In this document: piece after piece, positions 30,707-38,929 of the stretch
Position numbering within the stretch: the stretch's first letter is position 1
How the letters are laid out: each line of letters opens with the position of its first letter
Assembly (NCBI GenBank): GCA_016872725.1
Contig: VGZC01000015.1
Coordinates: forward strand, 2,271-66,270
Source of the DNA: Planctomycetota bacterium
Lineage (GTDB): Bacteria > Planctomycetota > Planctomycetia > Pirellulales > Pirellulaceae
DNA length: 64,000 bases
Direction: 5' to 3'
Translations under genes and position numbers: made by a program
The notes under the pieces: model-generated
What the model was told of the DNA's origin: nothing
Seen by the model: the letters and a program-made list of their open reading frames with translations, nothing else
Database searches by the model: none

Positions 30707-32401
30707 ATGAAATCCGTTCCCAACGGCTCGATGAACGGGGCGTCCGAGCGGGACCCGTACAACAACAACTCCTACGGGACGCTCGTCGACTCCGAATATC
30801 CGATCGTGTCGCTTCCCGTTCTCGACGTCGTCGACTTCAACGAGCGCATCATCCGCGCGTACGAGGACGGGACGGCCGAGAACGGACTTCCGGCCGATCC
30901 CGCGGTCTCCCGATCGCTCATCCCCGCCGGCACGGCGACGCTGCGCGATTTCAGTTACGTCGCGCCGGAAATCCCCGAGTACGTTCCGGCGAACTGCACG
31001 GGATGCATGGAGTGCGTCACATTATGTCCCGATACGGCGATCCTCGGCAAAGTCAAAGGCGAATCCGAATGGGAAGCGATGCTCGGAGCCATTCCGGACG
31101 CCGCCGATCGAGGCCTGTTCCGGAGGCAATGGTCCGAACCCCGCAAGTACTTTGAAGGCCCCAGGAAGAAGATCGGCGAGGGCGGGAAGTTCGTGATCGT
31201 CATTGATCCCAGCAAGTGCAAGGGATGCGCGGAATGCGTGACGGTTTGCGACGACCAGGCCCTTCGCATGATCCCCAAGGACGAGGATCGGATGCGGGAC
31301 ATCCGAAAGAACCATCGGATGTTCAAGGAAAGCGGACCGTCGGACGAGCGGTTCGTGAGCGACAAACTGCTCATCGACATGATGCTCAAGGAGTCGTCGC
31401 ATGTCTATGTGGGAGGAGCGGGGAGCTGCGCGGGATGCGGCGAGGGCACGGCGCTGCGGATGCTCTGCGCGGCGACCGGCGCGAAGTACGCGAATGACTG
31501 GGGAATCGTCGCGGCGACCGGATGCAATACGGTCTACACATCCACCTATCCCTACAACCCCTACCTGATTCCGTGGAGCAATTCCCTATTTGAAAACGCG
31601 CCCGCGTTCGCGATGGGCGTGCGCATGCGATGGGACCAAATGGGGTGGACGGAAAAGCCCCTGTGGTGCATCGGCGGCGACGGCGCGATGTTCGACATCG
31701 GTTTTCAATCGCTGTCAAGGTTCCTTGCCTCCGGCCTGAACATCAAGGTTTTTGTTCTGGACACCCAGGTCTATTCCAACACGGGCGGACAAGCGTCGAC
31801 GAGCACGTACACCGGACAGAACACGAAGATGAGTTTCCACGGCAAGCGATACGGCGGGAAGCAGGAGCGGCGGAAGGAGATCGCGCAGATCGCCATGATG
31901 CATCCGAGGACCTTCGTGGCGCAAACGACCTGCGCGCACATCAACCACTTCTATCGCAGTGTCTTGGACGCGCTGGAATTCGACGGGCCCGCGCTGATCG
32001 TCTGTTATACGACGTGCCAACCCGAGCACGGCGTGGCGGACAACGTCGCGACGGAGCAGGCGCGGCTCGCCGTCGACACGCGGGCCTTTCCTCTCCTGGT
32101 CCACGACCCGCGTAAAGGGGACTCGATCCGTTCCCGCCTGTCGTTGCGGGGAAATCCCGCCGTCTCGGACGATTGGTGGACCGACCCCAAATCGGGCAAG
32201 CCGATGGACTTCATCGATTTTTGCCGCGGCGAGGGTCGTTTCGCAAAACACTTCGACAAGCAGGGCCGGCCGAGCGAGTTGCTGATGCGCGCGCGGGACG
32301 ACCGACTCGAGAACTGGCGCCTACTCCAAGAGCTGGCGGGCGTTCGGCGTTTCGAATTTGCGGTTTCGGCCCGGCGAGGGCCGTCCGTTCAATCGGAATA
32401 A
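30707..32401 (+). CDS. pyruvate/2-oxoacid:ferredoxin oxidoreductase, fused delta+beta subunit (2x[4Fe-4S] ferredoxin + TPP-binding domain)
   Basis: ATG at 30707. Two CxxCxxCxxxC motifs (CTGCMECVTLCP, CKGCAECVTVCD). TPP motif GGDGAMFDIGFQSL...VLDTQVYSNTGGQ. Confidence 0.85.
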   Translation: MKSVPNGSMNGASERDPYNNNSYGTLVDSEYPIVSLPVLDVVDFNERIIRAYEDGTAENGLPADPAVSRSLIPAGTATLRDFSYVAPEIPEYVPANCTGCMECVTLCPDTAILGKVKGESEWEAMLGAIPDAADRGLFRRQWSEPRKYFEGPRKKIGEGGKFVIVIDPSKCKGCAECVTVCDDQALRMIPKDEDRMRDIRKNHRMFKESGPSDERFVSDKLLIDMMLKESSHVYVGGAGSCAGCGEGTALRMLCAATGAKYANDWGIVAATGCNTVYTSTYPYNPYLIPWSNSLFENAPAFAMGVRMRWDQMGWTEKPLWCIGGDGAMFDIGFQSLSRFLASGLNIKVFVLDTQVYSNTGGQASTSTYTGQNTKMSFHGKRYGGKQERRKEIAQIAMMHPRTFVAQTTCAHINHFYRSVLDALEFDGPALIVCYTTCQPEHGVADNVATEQARLAVDTRAFPLLVHDPRKGDSIRSRLSLRGNPAVSDDWWTDPKSGKPMDFIDFCRGEGRFAKHFDKQGRPSELLMRARDDRLENWRLLQELAGVRRFEFAVSARRGPSVQSE

Positions 32402-32615
32402 TCCTCAGCGTTCGGCCCTTTTTCCCCATCTTCAATCCGTCGGCACGGAGCAACCGATTTCAATCGTGCCGCGGGAACGTCCGTGCCTCCGCGCGCCGGT
32501 CCGGCGCCGCCTCGCGCGCCGCCGGTTCGCGAACGGGGATGAGGGCCATGATGCTCGGCAATACACTGCGCGCCCGGCGCGCCGGTCGATGGGTTGGACA
32601 GGAACGGGACAGGAC

Positions 32616-33806
32616 ATGAGGATCGCCGTACCACGGGAATCGCATGCCGGCGAACGGCGGGTCGCGCTGGTTCCGACCAACGTTCCCTCGTTGGCGAAAG
32701 CCGGTCTTTCGGTCGTCGTCGAGGCCGGAGCGGGAATCGCGGCCGGGTTTCCGGATGCCGCCTATCAGGAGAAGGGCGCGTCCGTTGTCGAGGACCGGCG
32801 CGAGTTGTTCGCAACGGCCGACGTCGTTGTCCAGGTGAGGACCCCGGGCGCCAACCCGACCGCGGGTGACGCCGATCTGGCGATGATGCGGCGCGATCAA
32901 CTCGTCGTCGGCCTCGGTGATCCGCTCGGCGATCCCGAATCGGCTCGGCGGTTCGCCGCGACGGGCGCGGCGCTGCTGGCGCTCGAACTGATTCCCCGCA
33001 TCACCCGCGCGCAGGCGATGGACGTGCTTTCGTCGCAGGCGACGATTGCGGGATACCGGGCCGTGTTGCTCGCGGCGCTCGAACTTCCCCGCATGTTCCC
33101 GCTCATGATGACGGCGGCCGGCACGTTGACGGCGGCGAAGGTCTTCGTGATCGGCGCGGGGGTCGCCGGGTTGCAGGCGATCGCCACATCGAGGCGGCTC
33201 GGCGGCGTCGTGCACGCGTACGACGTTCGGCCCGCGTGCCGCGAACAGGTGCAGAGCCTCGGAGCGCGGTTCGTCGAAGTACCGATGGAGACGGGGGGCG
33301 CCGAGGATAAAGGCGGGTACGCCGCCGCCATGTCCGAGGACTTCTATCGCAAGCAACGCGCGTTGATGACCGAGATCGTCGCGGCGAGCGATGTCGTCAT
33401 CACGACCGCCGCGATCCCCGGAAAGCGGTCTCCCGTGCTCGTGACGACCGATGCCGTACGCAAGATGGCTCCAGGGTGCGTGATCGTCGACCTCGCCGCC
33501 GAGCGGGGAGGCAACTGCGAGCTCAGTCGACCGGACGAACGGGTGGTCGACCACGGCGTTGTGATCCTCGGACCGACGAATCCGGCGAGCGACGTGCCGG
33601 GGCACGCGAGCCTGATGTACGGCAATAACGCGACCCGGTTCCTGCTCAACATGACCAAGGACCAGCGCGTCCAGTGGAATCCCGATGACGAGATCTGCCG
33701 GGAAACGCTGGTCGCGCGCGGCGGCGAAGTGGTCCATCCGCGCGTGCGGGAGCGTCTGAGTCCGCCCGCGACGGGTACGGCGCCGACGCCGCACCAAGGA
33801 GCCTGA
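32616..33806 (+). CDS. pntAA: NAD(P) transhydrogenase alpha subunit part 1 (dI)
   Basis: ATG at 32616 (MRIAVPRESHAGERRVALVP...). AlaDH/PNT fold with a GAGVAGLQAI Rossmann motif; 396 aa. Confidence 0.9.
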   Translation: MRIAVPRESHAGERRVALVPTNVPSLAKAGLSVVVEAGAGIAAGFPDAAYQEKGASVVEDRRELFATADVVVQVRTPGANPTAGDADLAMMRRDQLVVGLGDPLGDPESARRFAATGAALLALELIPRITRAQAMDVLSSQATIAGYRAVLLAALELPRMFPLMMTAAGTLTAAKVFVIGAGVAGLQAIATSRRLGGVVHAYDVRPACREQVQSLGARFVEVPMETGGAEDKGGYAAAMSEDFYRKQRALMTEIVAASDVVITTAAIPGKRSPVLVTTDAVRKMAPGCVIVDLAAERGGNCELSRPDERVVDHGVVILGPTNPASDVPGHASLMYGNNATRFLLNMTKDQRVQWNPDDEICRETLVARGGEVVHPRVRERLSPPATGTAPTPHQGA

Positions 33807-33811
33807 TTGCC

Positions 33812-34321
33812 ATGCGATGGTTCGGACTTGCCTGCGTGCTTCTGGCCATGGCGGCCTTCACGAGCCTTCGCGCGTGGGAAGCGTCGGCTCGACAGGATCC
33901 CGCCGGCGCCGCGAATCCGGCGCCCGGCCCATCGGCCAAAGGCGGCGGCGAAGGGAAAGACTCGCCGAGCGACGCGGCCGCGTCGGATTCGTCGGAAAAC
34001 AAGGCCGATGGGGCGTCCACGCCGGCGCGGGCCCGCGCGCCGAAGGCCGATACGATCGCGAACCTCACGATCTTCGTCCTCGCGATCTTCATCGGATTCG
34101 AGGTCATCACGAAGGTGCCTCCGACGCTGCACACGCCGCTCATGTCGGGGTCGAACGCGATCAGCGGTATCACGGTCGTCGGTTCGATCGCGATCGCGGG
34201 CGCCGCGAGCTGGGGCGTCGGACCGGTCCTGGGATTCGTCGCGGCGTCGCTCGCGATGATCAATGTCGTGGGCGGATTCCTCGTGACGCACCGCATGCTG
34301 ATGATGTTCCGCAAGAAATAG
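33812..34321 (+). CDS. pntAB: NAD(P) transhydrogenase alpha subunit part 2 (membrane dII), with an atypical N-terminal extension
   Basis: The C-terminal ~95 aa (LTIFVLAIFIGFEVITKVPPTLHTPLMSGSNAISGITVVG...VVGGFLVTHRMLMMFRKK) is canonical PntAB. It is preceded by a TM/signal-like helix and a ~55-aa P/G/A/S/D-rich linker. Confidence 0.85.
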   Translation: MRWFGLACVLLAMAAFTSLRAWEASARQDPAGAANPAPGPSAKGGGEGKDSPSDAAASDSSENKADGASTPARARAPKADTIANLTIFVLAIFIGFEVITKVPPTLHTPLMSGSNAISGITVVGSIAIAGAASWGVGPVLGFVAASLAMINVVGGFLVTHRMLMMFRKK

Positions 34322-34349
34322 GCGATTTGCCGTCGGAAAGGGTTCCTCC

Positions 34350-35714
34350 GTGGAATCGTACGCGATTTCAAGAATCGGTTACGTGGCGGCGTCGGCCCTG
34401 TTCATCTTCGGCCTGAAGATGATGGCCCATCCGCGAACCGCCGTTCGAGGCAACCTTGTCGGCGCCGCCGGCATGGCGCTTTCCATGGCGATCGTGCTTT
34501 GGGGCCTGCCGAGCTACCTTTGGGTCGTCGCGGGCCTCCTGGTCGGCGCCGGAGTCGGAGTTTGGCTCGCGCTTCGCACGCGCATCGAGGCGATGCCCCA
34601 GCTCGTCGCGCTGCTCAACGGATTCGGCGGGCTCGCATCGGTCTTCGTCGCCGGAGGCGCGCTCGTCGGCGCGAGGATGGGAACGGAGGAACTGTTCGCG
34701 ACGGCGGCGTCGGCGATCATCGGCGCCGTCACGTTCACCGGAAGCTGTGTCGCCTACGGAAAACTCCAGGAACTCCAACTCTTCAAAAAGCCGTTCCACG
34801 TCCCGCACCGCCACCTGATCAATGCCGCCTTGATCGTGGTCCTCCTGCTCATGACGTGGCTGCTCATTGCGGAACACAAGTGGCTCTATGTTCCGATCGT
34901 CCTCTTCGCACTGGGGCTCGGCGTCCTCCTCGTGAACCCGATCGGCGGCGCCGACATGCCGGTGGTCATCGCCCTTCTGAACTCCTATTCGGGCATCGCC
35001 GCCGCCGCCACCGGCTTTGTGATCAACAACTATGTCCTGATCATCTCGGGGTCGCTGGTGGGCGCGTCGGGGATCATCCTGTCGCAAATCATGTGCAAGG
35101 CGATGAACCGGTCGCTCACGAACGTCCTGTTCGCCGTGATGGACGCGAGCAAGTCGCAAATCAGCGCGGACTCGACCTACGCCGCGGTGCGGAGCACGAC
35201 GGCCGACGACATCGCCATGATCCTCGAATCGGCGCAGCGCGTCGTCTTCATCCCCGGCTACGGCATGGCGGTGGCCCAGGCGCAGCGCGCGGTGCGCGAT
35301 TTGGGGAAACTGCTCGAAGGCCGCGGGGCGACCGTCGAGTACGCGATCCATCCGGTCGCGGGCCGCATGCCGGGCCATATGAACGTGCTGCTCGCCGAGG
35401 CGGACGTCGAGTACGACAAGCTCAAGGAGATGGACCAGATCAACCCGACCATGGATTCGGCGGACGTCGCGATCGTCATCGGCGCGAACGATGTCGTGAA
35501 CCCGCTCGCCCGAACCGATCCGAGTTGTCCGATCGCCGGCATGCCGATCATCGACGCGGACAAGGCGAGAACGGTGATTGTGATCAAGCGGAGTCTCAGT
35601 CCGGGCTTCGCGGGGATCCCCAATCCGCTGTTCGCGAGGGAGAACACGCTCATGTATTTCGCCGACGGCCAGAAAGCCGTGCTCGACATCGTGAACGCGC
35701 TCAAGCAACTCTGA
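34350..35714 (+). CDS. pntB: NAD(P) transhydrogenase beta subunit
   Basis: GTG at 34350; 454 aa. Membrane dII half plus a C-terminal NADP(H)-binding dIII (PGYGMAVAQAQ..., GANDVVNP). Confidence 0.9.
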   Translation: MESYAISRIGYVAASALFIFGLKMMAHPRTAVRGNLVGAAGMALSMAIVLWGLPSYLWVVAGLLVGAGVGVWLALRTRIEAMPQLVALLNGFGGLASVFVAGGALVGARMGTEELFATAASAIIGAVTFTGSCVAYGKLQELQLFKKPFHVPHRHLINAALIVVLLLMTWLLIAEHKWLYVPIVLFALGLGVLLVNPIGGADMPVVIALLNSYSGIAAAATGFVINNYVLIISGSLVGASGIILSQIMCKAMNRSLTNVLFAVMDASKSQISADSTYAAVRSTTADDIAMILESAQRVVFIPGYGMAVAQAQRAVRDLGKLLEGRGATVEYAIHPVAGRMPGHMNVLLAEADVEYDKLKEMDQINPTMDSADVAIVIGANDVVNPLARTDPSCPIAGMPIIDADKARTVIVIKRSLSPGFAGIPNPLFARENTLMYFADGQKAVLDIVNALKQL

Positions 35715-35842
35715 TTCCGGGAACGCCGCCGACCGGCCGTCCCGCCCGTCGGGGCGCGTCCGGGTCGGCCCGCGACCCCTTCCTCCGGCTTCCGAAGGTG
35801 CGTATCGTGCCCAGACCGATTCCCGACTACCTGCGGCTGCAC

Positions 35843-37333
35843 ATGGAAACCGGTGAACCGGTCTCCGCTTCGAGTGACAGGATTCTGTCATCCATTCCTG
35901 AAACGCTCGCCGAGGCGCTCGGTTGGACGATCGCCTCGGCGGATGACCTGGGCGGGGCGCGGCGCGAGGGAGCGCGGACGGGCGCCGACCGATGGAGGAT
36001 CGTGGAGGCCGTCGGGGAGGCGGCGAAATGCGATCGGGAGGCGGCGGAACGGGTGGTCGTCGCCGTGAACGAGCTCGCGTCCCGGCTGGGCCGATCGCTC
36101 GCGGCGCTCCGCGCCCGCGAGGCCGAGCTCGCCGCGGGCGTTCCCGTCTCGCGGCGAACGGACGAGGAGGCCCATTTGGCGGAGCGGCTCGAAGCGATCC
36201 TGCGCGGAGGCGCCGAATCGGTCCGCTGCCAGGCCGCCGGTCTGTATCTGCTCGACGAGGCCACGAGTCAATTGAAGCTGCGTTCCGCGTGGGGCCTCCC
36301 GCCAACCCGGTTCGCCGACCCTCCCCGCGCGCTCCGCGGGGCCCTCGCGGATCTCGAAGCCCTCCTGGGCAACGCCGTCGTGCTCGACGACATCCCCCGA
36401 CTCGGCCAATGGAAATCGCCCGAGGACCGTGCCGCCGCGGTGTGCGTTCCCGTATCGACGCCGACGACGCCGCTTGGAACGATGTGGGTGTTCAGCGATA
36501 CGCAGCGCGGTTTCGACGGCCACGAGACACAGTTGCTGGAGATCGTCGCCGGCCGAATCGCCTCGGAACTCGAACGCGAAATGCTGCTCAACGAGGCCGT
36601 CTCCGCCTCGCAATGGAGTCGCCAGGTCGTACGGTTGGCGGAGCGTCAGCAGCAGCGTCTGCCGTCGTTCCCGCCGCTCGTCGATGGATGGGATCTCGCG
36701 TCATGGTCGTCGCCGTCGGGCACGCTCGCCGCCGAGTTCCACGACTGGGGCGTATGCCGCGACGGCCGCGTGTTCGTCGCCGCGGGCCGCGCCGACGGCG
36801 CGCCGCTTGACGCGGCCTGGAGCATGGCGTCGGTCCAGGCGGCCCTCGCGTCCCGCATCCCATCCGGCGGCGAACCGGGTGATGTGATCGAATCGGTGAA
36901 CGAGTCGCTTTGGCGGCACTCGGTGGGCGATCCGGTCGCCTCGCTGTTCCTGGCGTTTCTTGAACCGAACCGCGGCGGCGTCGCGTACGCGCACGCGGGG
37001 GATCCGGTCGCGTGCGTGGTCGGCCGCTCGAGCGTGCGGTTCCTGACGCCGCCCGCCATTGGGATGGGAGCGAACCCCGAGGCGCCCTTTGCGTCGCATT
37101 CGGTGCGTCTCGCGCGGCGCGAAGCGCTGGTCGTCATCGGTTCGCCTCGCGCGTGCGACGCGCGGGACATCGACGTGGAGCGCGCGGTCGAGCCGCTGGG
37201 CGCTGTGTTGGGGGCGCTTCCTCCGGACGCGCCCGCGCGGTCGTGGGTGGACCAGACGCGAAGCCATCTCCTGGCTCGCCACGCGGCGCGTTCCCTGCCC
37301 GAGTTCACCGTGCTCGTCGCGCGCCGCCGGTAG
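35843..37333 (+). CDS. GAF domain-containing PP2C/SpoIIE-family phosphatase
   Basis: ATG at 35843 (in-frame GTGs at 35798 and 35807 are alternatives). The central region (AAGLYLLDEATSQLKLRSAWGLP...TPLGTMWVFSD) is GAF-like. The C-terminal region (WDLASWSSPSGTLAAEFHDW...LFLAFLEP...) is SpoIIE/PP2C-like. The upstream part of listed ORF 34499..37333 is out-of-frame overlap of pntB and is rejected. Confidence 0.7.
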   Translation: METGEPVSASSDRILSSIPETLAEALGWTIASADDLGGARREGARTGADRWRIVEAVGEAAKCDREAAERVVVAVNELASRLGRSLAALRAREAELAAGVPVSRRTDEEAHLAERLEAILRGGAESVRCQAAGLYLLDEATSQLKLRSAWGLPPTRFADPPRALRGALADLEALLGNAVVLDDIPRLGQWKSPEDRAAAVCVPVSTPTTPLGTMWVFSDTQRGFDGHETQLLEIVAGRIASELEREMLLNEAVSASQWSRQVVRLAERQQQRLPSFPPLVDGWDLASWSSPSGTLAAEFHDWGVCRDGRVFVAAGRADGAPLDAAWSMASVQAALASRIPSGGEPGDVIESVNESLWRHSVGDPVASLFLAFLEPNRGGVAYAHAGDPVACVVGRSSVRFLTPPAIGMGANPEAPFASHSVRLARREALVVIGSPRACDARDIDVERAVEPLGAVLGALPPDAPARSWVDQTRSHLLARHAARSLPEFTVLVARRR

Positions 37334-37381
37334 GCCGGGCGAGGTCGTCGATCGGCCGGTTTCCGGTTCAGAACGGGCCGC

Positions 37382-37409
37382 TTGACGGGTGTGGGAAATC
37401 GCCTAGACT
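37382..37409 (+). promoter_or_regulatory. sigma70-like promoter candidate for tRNA-Leu (-35 TTGACG, 16-nt spacer, -10 TAGACT)
   Basis: TTGACG at 37382-37387 and TAGACT at 37404-37409, about 55 nt upstream of the tRNA 5' end. Pattern match only. Confidence 0.35.
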
Positions 37410-37463
37410 AGCCGTCGAGCGATCGAGGAACGCGAGTTTTCCGATCGACGGCTCGATTCGCAT

Positions 37464-37547
<84 letters not shown>

Positions 37548-37566
37548 CTGGTCCCGGGACCGCTGA

Positions 37567-38904
37567 ATGGCGAACGAATCGCAAACGACGGATCGATCGC
37601 CAGCCGCGCGCTTGGGGTTGCACTGGCGCATTCTCATCGGCCTGGTTGTCGGTGCCGTCGCCGGAAGCGCGGCTCGAGCCATTTACCGACCGCCCGCTCC
37701 AGGGCAAGGCACCGATTGGCTCGATTGGACCGCGAACCATGTCGCCGACACGCTCGGCCAGATCTTCCTTCGGTTGATCTTCATGGTCGTGGTTCCGCTC
37801 GTCTTTTGCGCCTTGGCGCTGGGCGTCGCCGGCATCGGTGACCTCCGCAAGCTCGGACGCATGGGGCTCCGGACGTTCCTTCTGACACTCGCCCTCTCGG
37901 CCTGTTCCGTCGTGATCGGTCTCGGCCTCGCGAACTCCGTACGACCGGGCGCGTCGCTTTCCGAGACACAGCGATCCGAACTGCGCGATCGATTTCAGGC
38001 GAACGCGTCGACCACCGTGGCGAATGCGCGGCATGCCAAGTCGCTCAAGGAGATGTTGCTCGACATCATCCCCAACAACCCCCTCCAGGAAATGGTCGGC
38101 TCGCTCGACGGCAGTTCCCCCGGGAACGGCATGCTCGCGGTCATGTTCTTCGCGCTGACGGTCGGAATCGCGATCGCCATGTCCCCCACCCGCACCGAAC
38201 CGCTCGTCCGCGTGCTCGAAGGCGTCTATGACATCGCGATGACGATCATAGGGTGGGCGATGGCCTTCGCTCCGATCGGAGTCGCCGGCCTCATGTTCAA
38301 GCTGACCGCGCTCTTGGGTCTCGACATCTTCCGTCCGTTGCTCTGGTATATCGTCACCGTGCTCGCCGGACTGACCCTCCAGATGGGGCTCGTCTATTCG
38401 CTGTTCCTGGCCTTCGTCGCGCGCATGGGGCCCTGGTGGTTCTTTCCGCGCGCCGGTGACGCGATCCTGACAGCGTTCGGAACGGCCTCGTCGAGCGCCA
38501 CGTTGCCGACGGCGATCCGCGCTACCGAGGAGAATCTCGGCGTTCGTCCGGCGGTGGCCCGGTTCGTCCTGACGATCGGCGCGACGGCCAATCAGAACGG
38601 AACGGCCTTGTACGAAGGGGTAACCGTCCTTTTCCTCGCGCAGGCGTTCGGTGTCGACCTGTCGTTTTCGCAGCAAATCACGGTGGTCCTGATGTCGGTG
38701 CTCGCCGGTGTCGGCACGGCGGGTGTTCCGGGCGGATCGCTTCCCTTGGTCGTGCTGGTCCTGCAGGCGGTCGGCGTTCCCGGCGAGGGCATTGGCGTGA
38801 TTCTGGGCGTCGACCGGTTCCTGGACATGTGCCGCACGACCGTCAATGTGACGGGCGACATGGCGGTCGCCGCCTGCATCGATCGATGGGAATCCCGGTC
38901 GTGA
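37567..38904 (+). CDS. dicarboxylate/amino acid:cation symporter (DAACS family)
   Basis: 445 aa polytopic protein. GTASSSATLPT and NQNGTALYEGV-type reentrant-loop motifs are typical of GltP/DctA-family transporters. The ATG is only 19 nt after the tRNA 3' end. Confidence 0.85.
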   Translation: MANESQTTDRSPAARLGLHWRILIGLVVGAVAGSAARAIYRPPAPGQGTDWLDWTANHVADTLGQIFLRLIFMVVVPLVFCALALGVAGIGDLRKLGRMGLRTFLLTLALSACSVVIGLGLANSVRPGASLSETQRSELRDRFQANASTTVANARHAKSLKEMLLDIIPNNPLQEMVGSLDGSSPGNGMLAVMFFALTVGIAIAMSPTRTEPLVRVLEGVYDIAMTIIGWAMAFAPIGVAGLMFKLTALLGLDIFRPLLWYIVTVLAGLTLQMGLVYSLFLAFVARMGPWWFFPRAGDAILTAFGTASSSATLPTAIRATEENLGVRPAVARFVLTIGATANQNGTALYEGVTVLFLAQAFGVDLSFSQQITVVLMSVLAGVGTAGVPGGSLPLVVLVLQAVGVPGEGIGVILGVDRFLDMCRTTVNVTGDMAVAACIDRWESRS

Positions 38905-38929
38905 CCGGAATGTGTCCTTTGCCTGGGAA

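Noticed and set aside
34368-36305. 645-aa minus-strand ORF, and the 5' 448 codons of plus-strand ORF 34499..37333
   Set aside because: Both overlap pntB, which is clearly real. Their translations are P/R/G/A-rich low-complexity sequence. Only the segment from about 35800 onward (GAF-PP2C) has protein-like composition.
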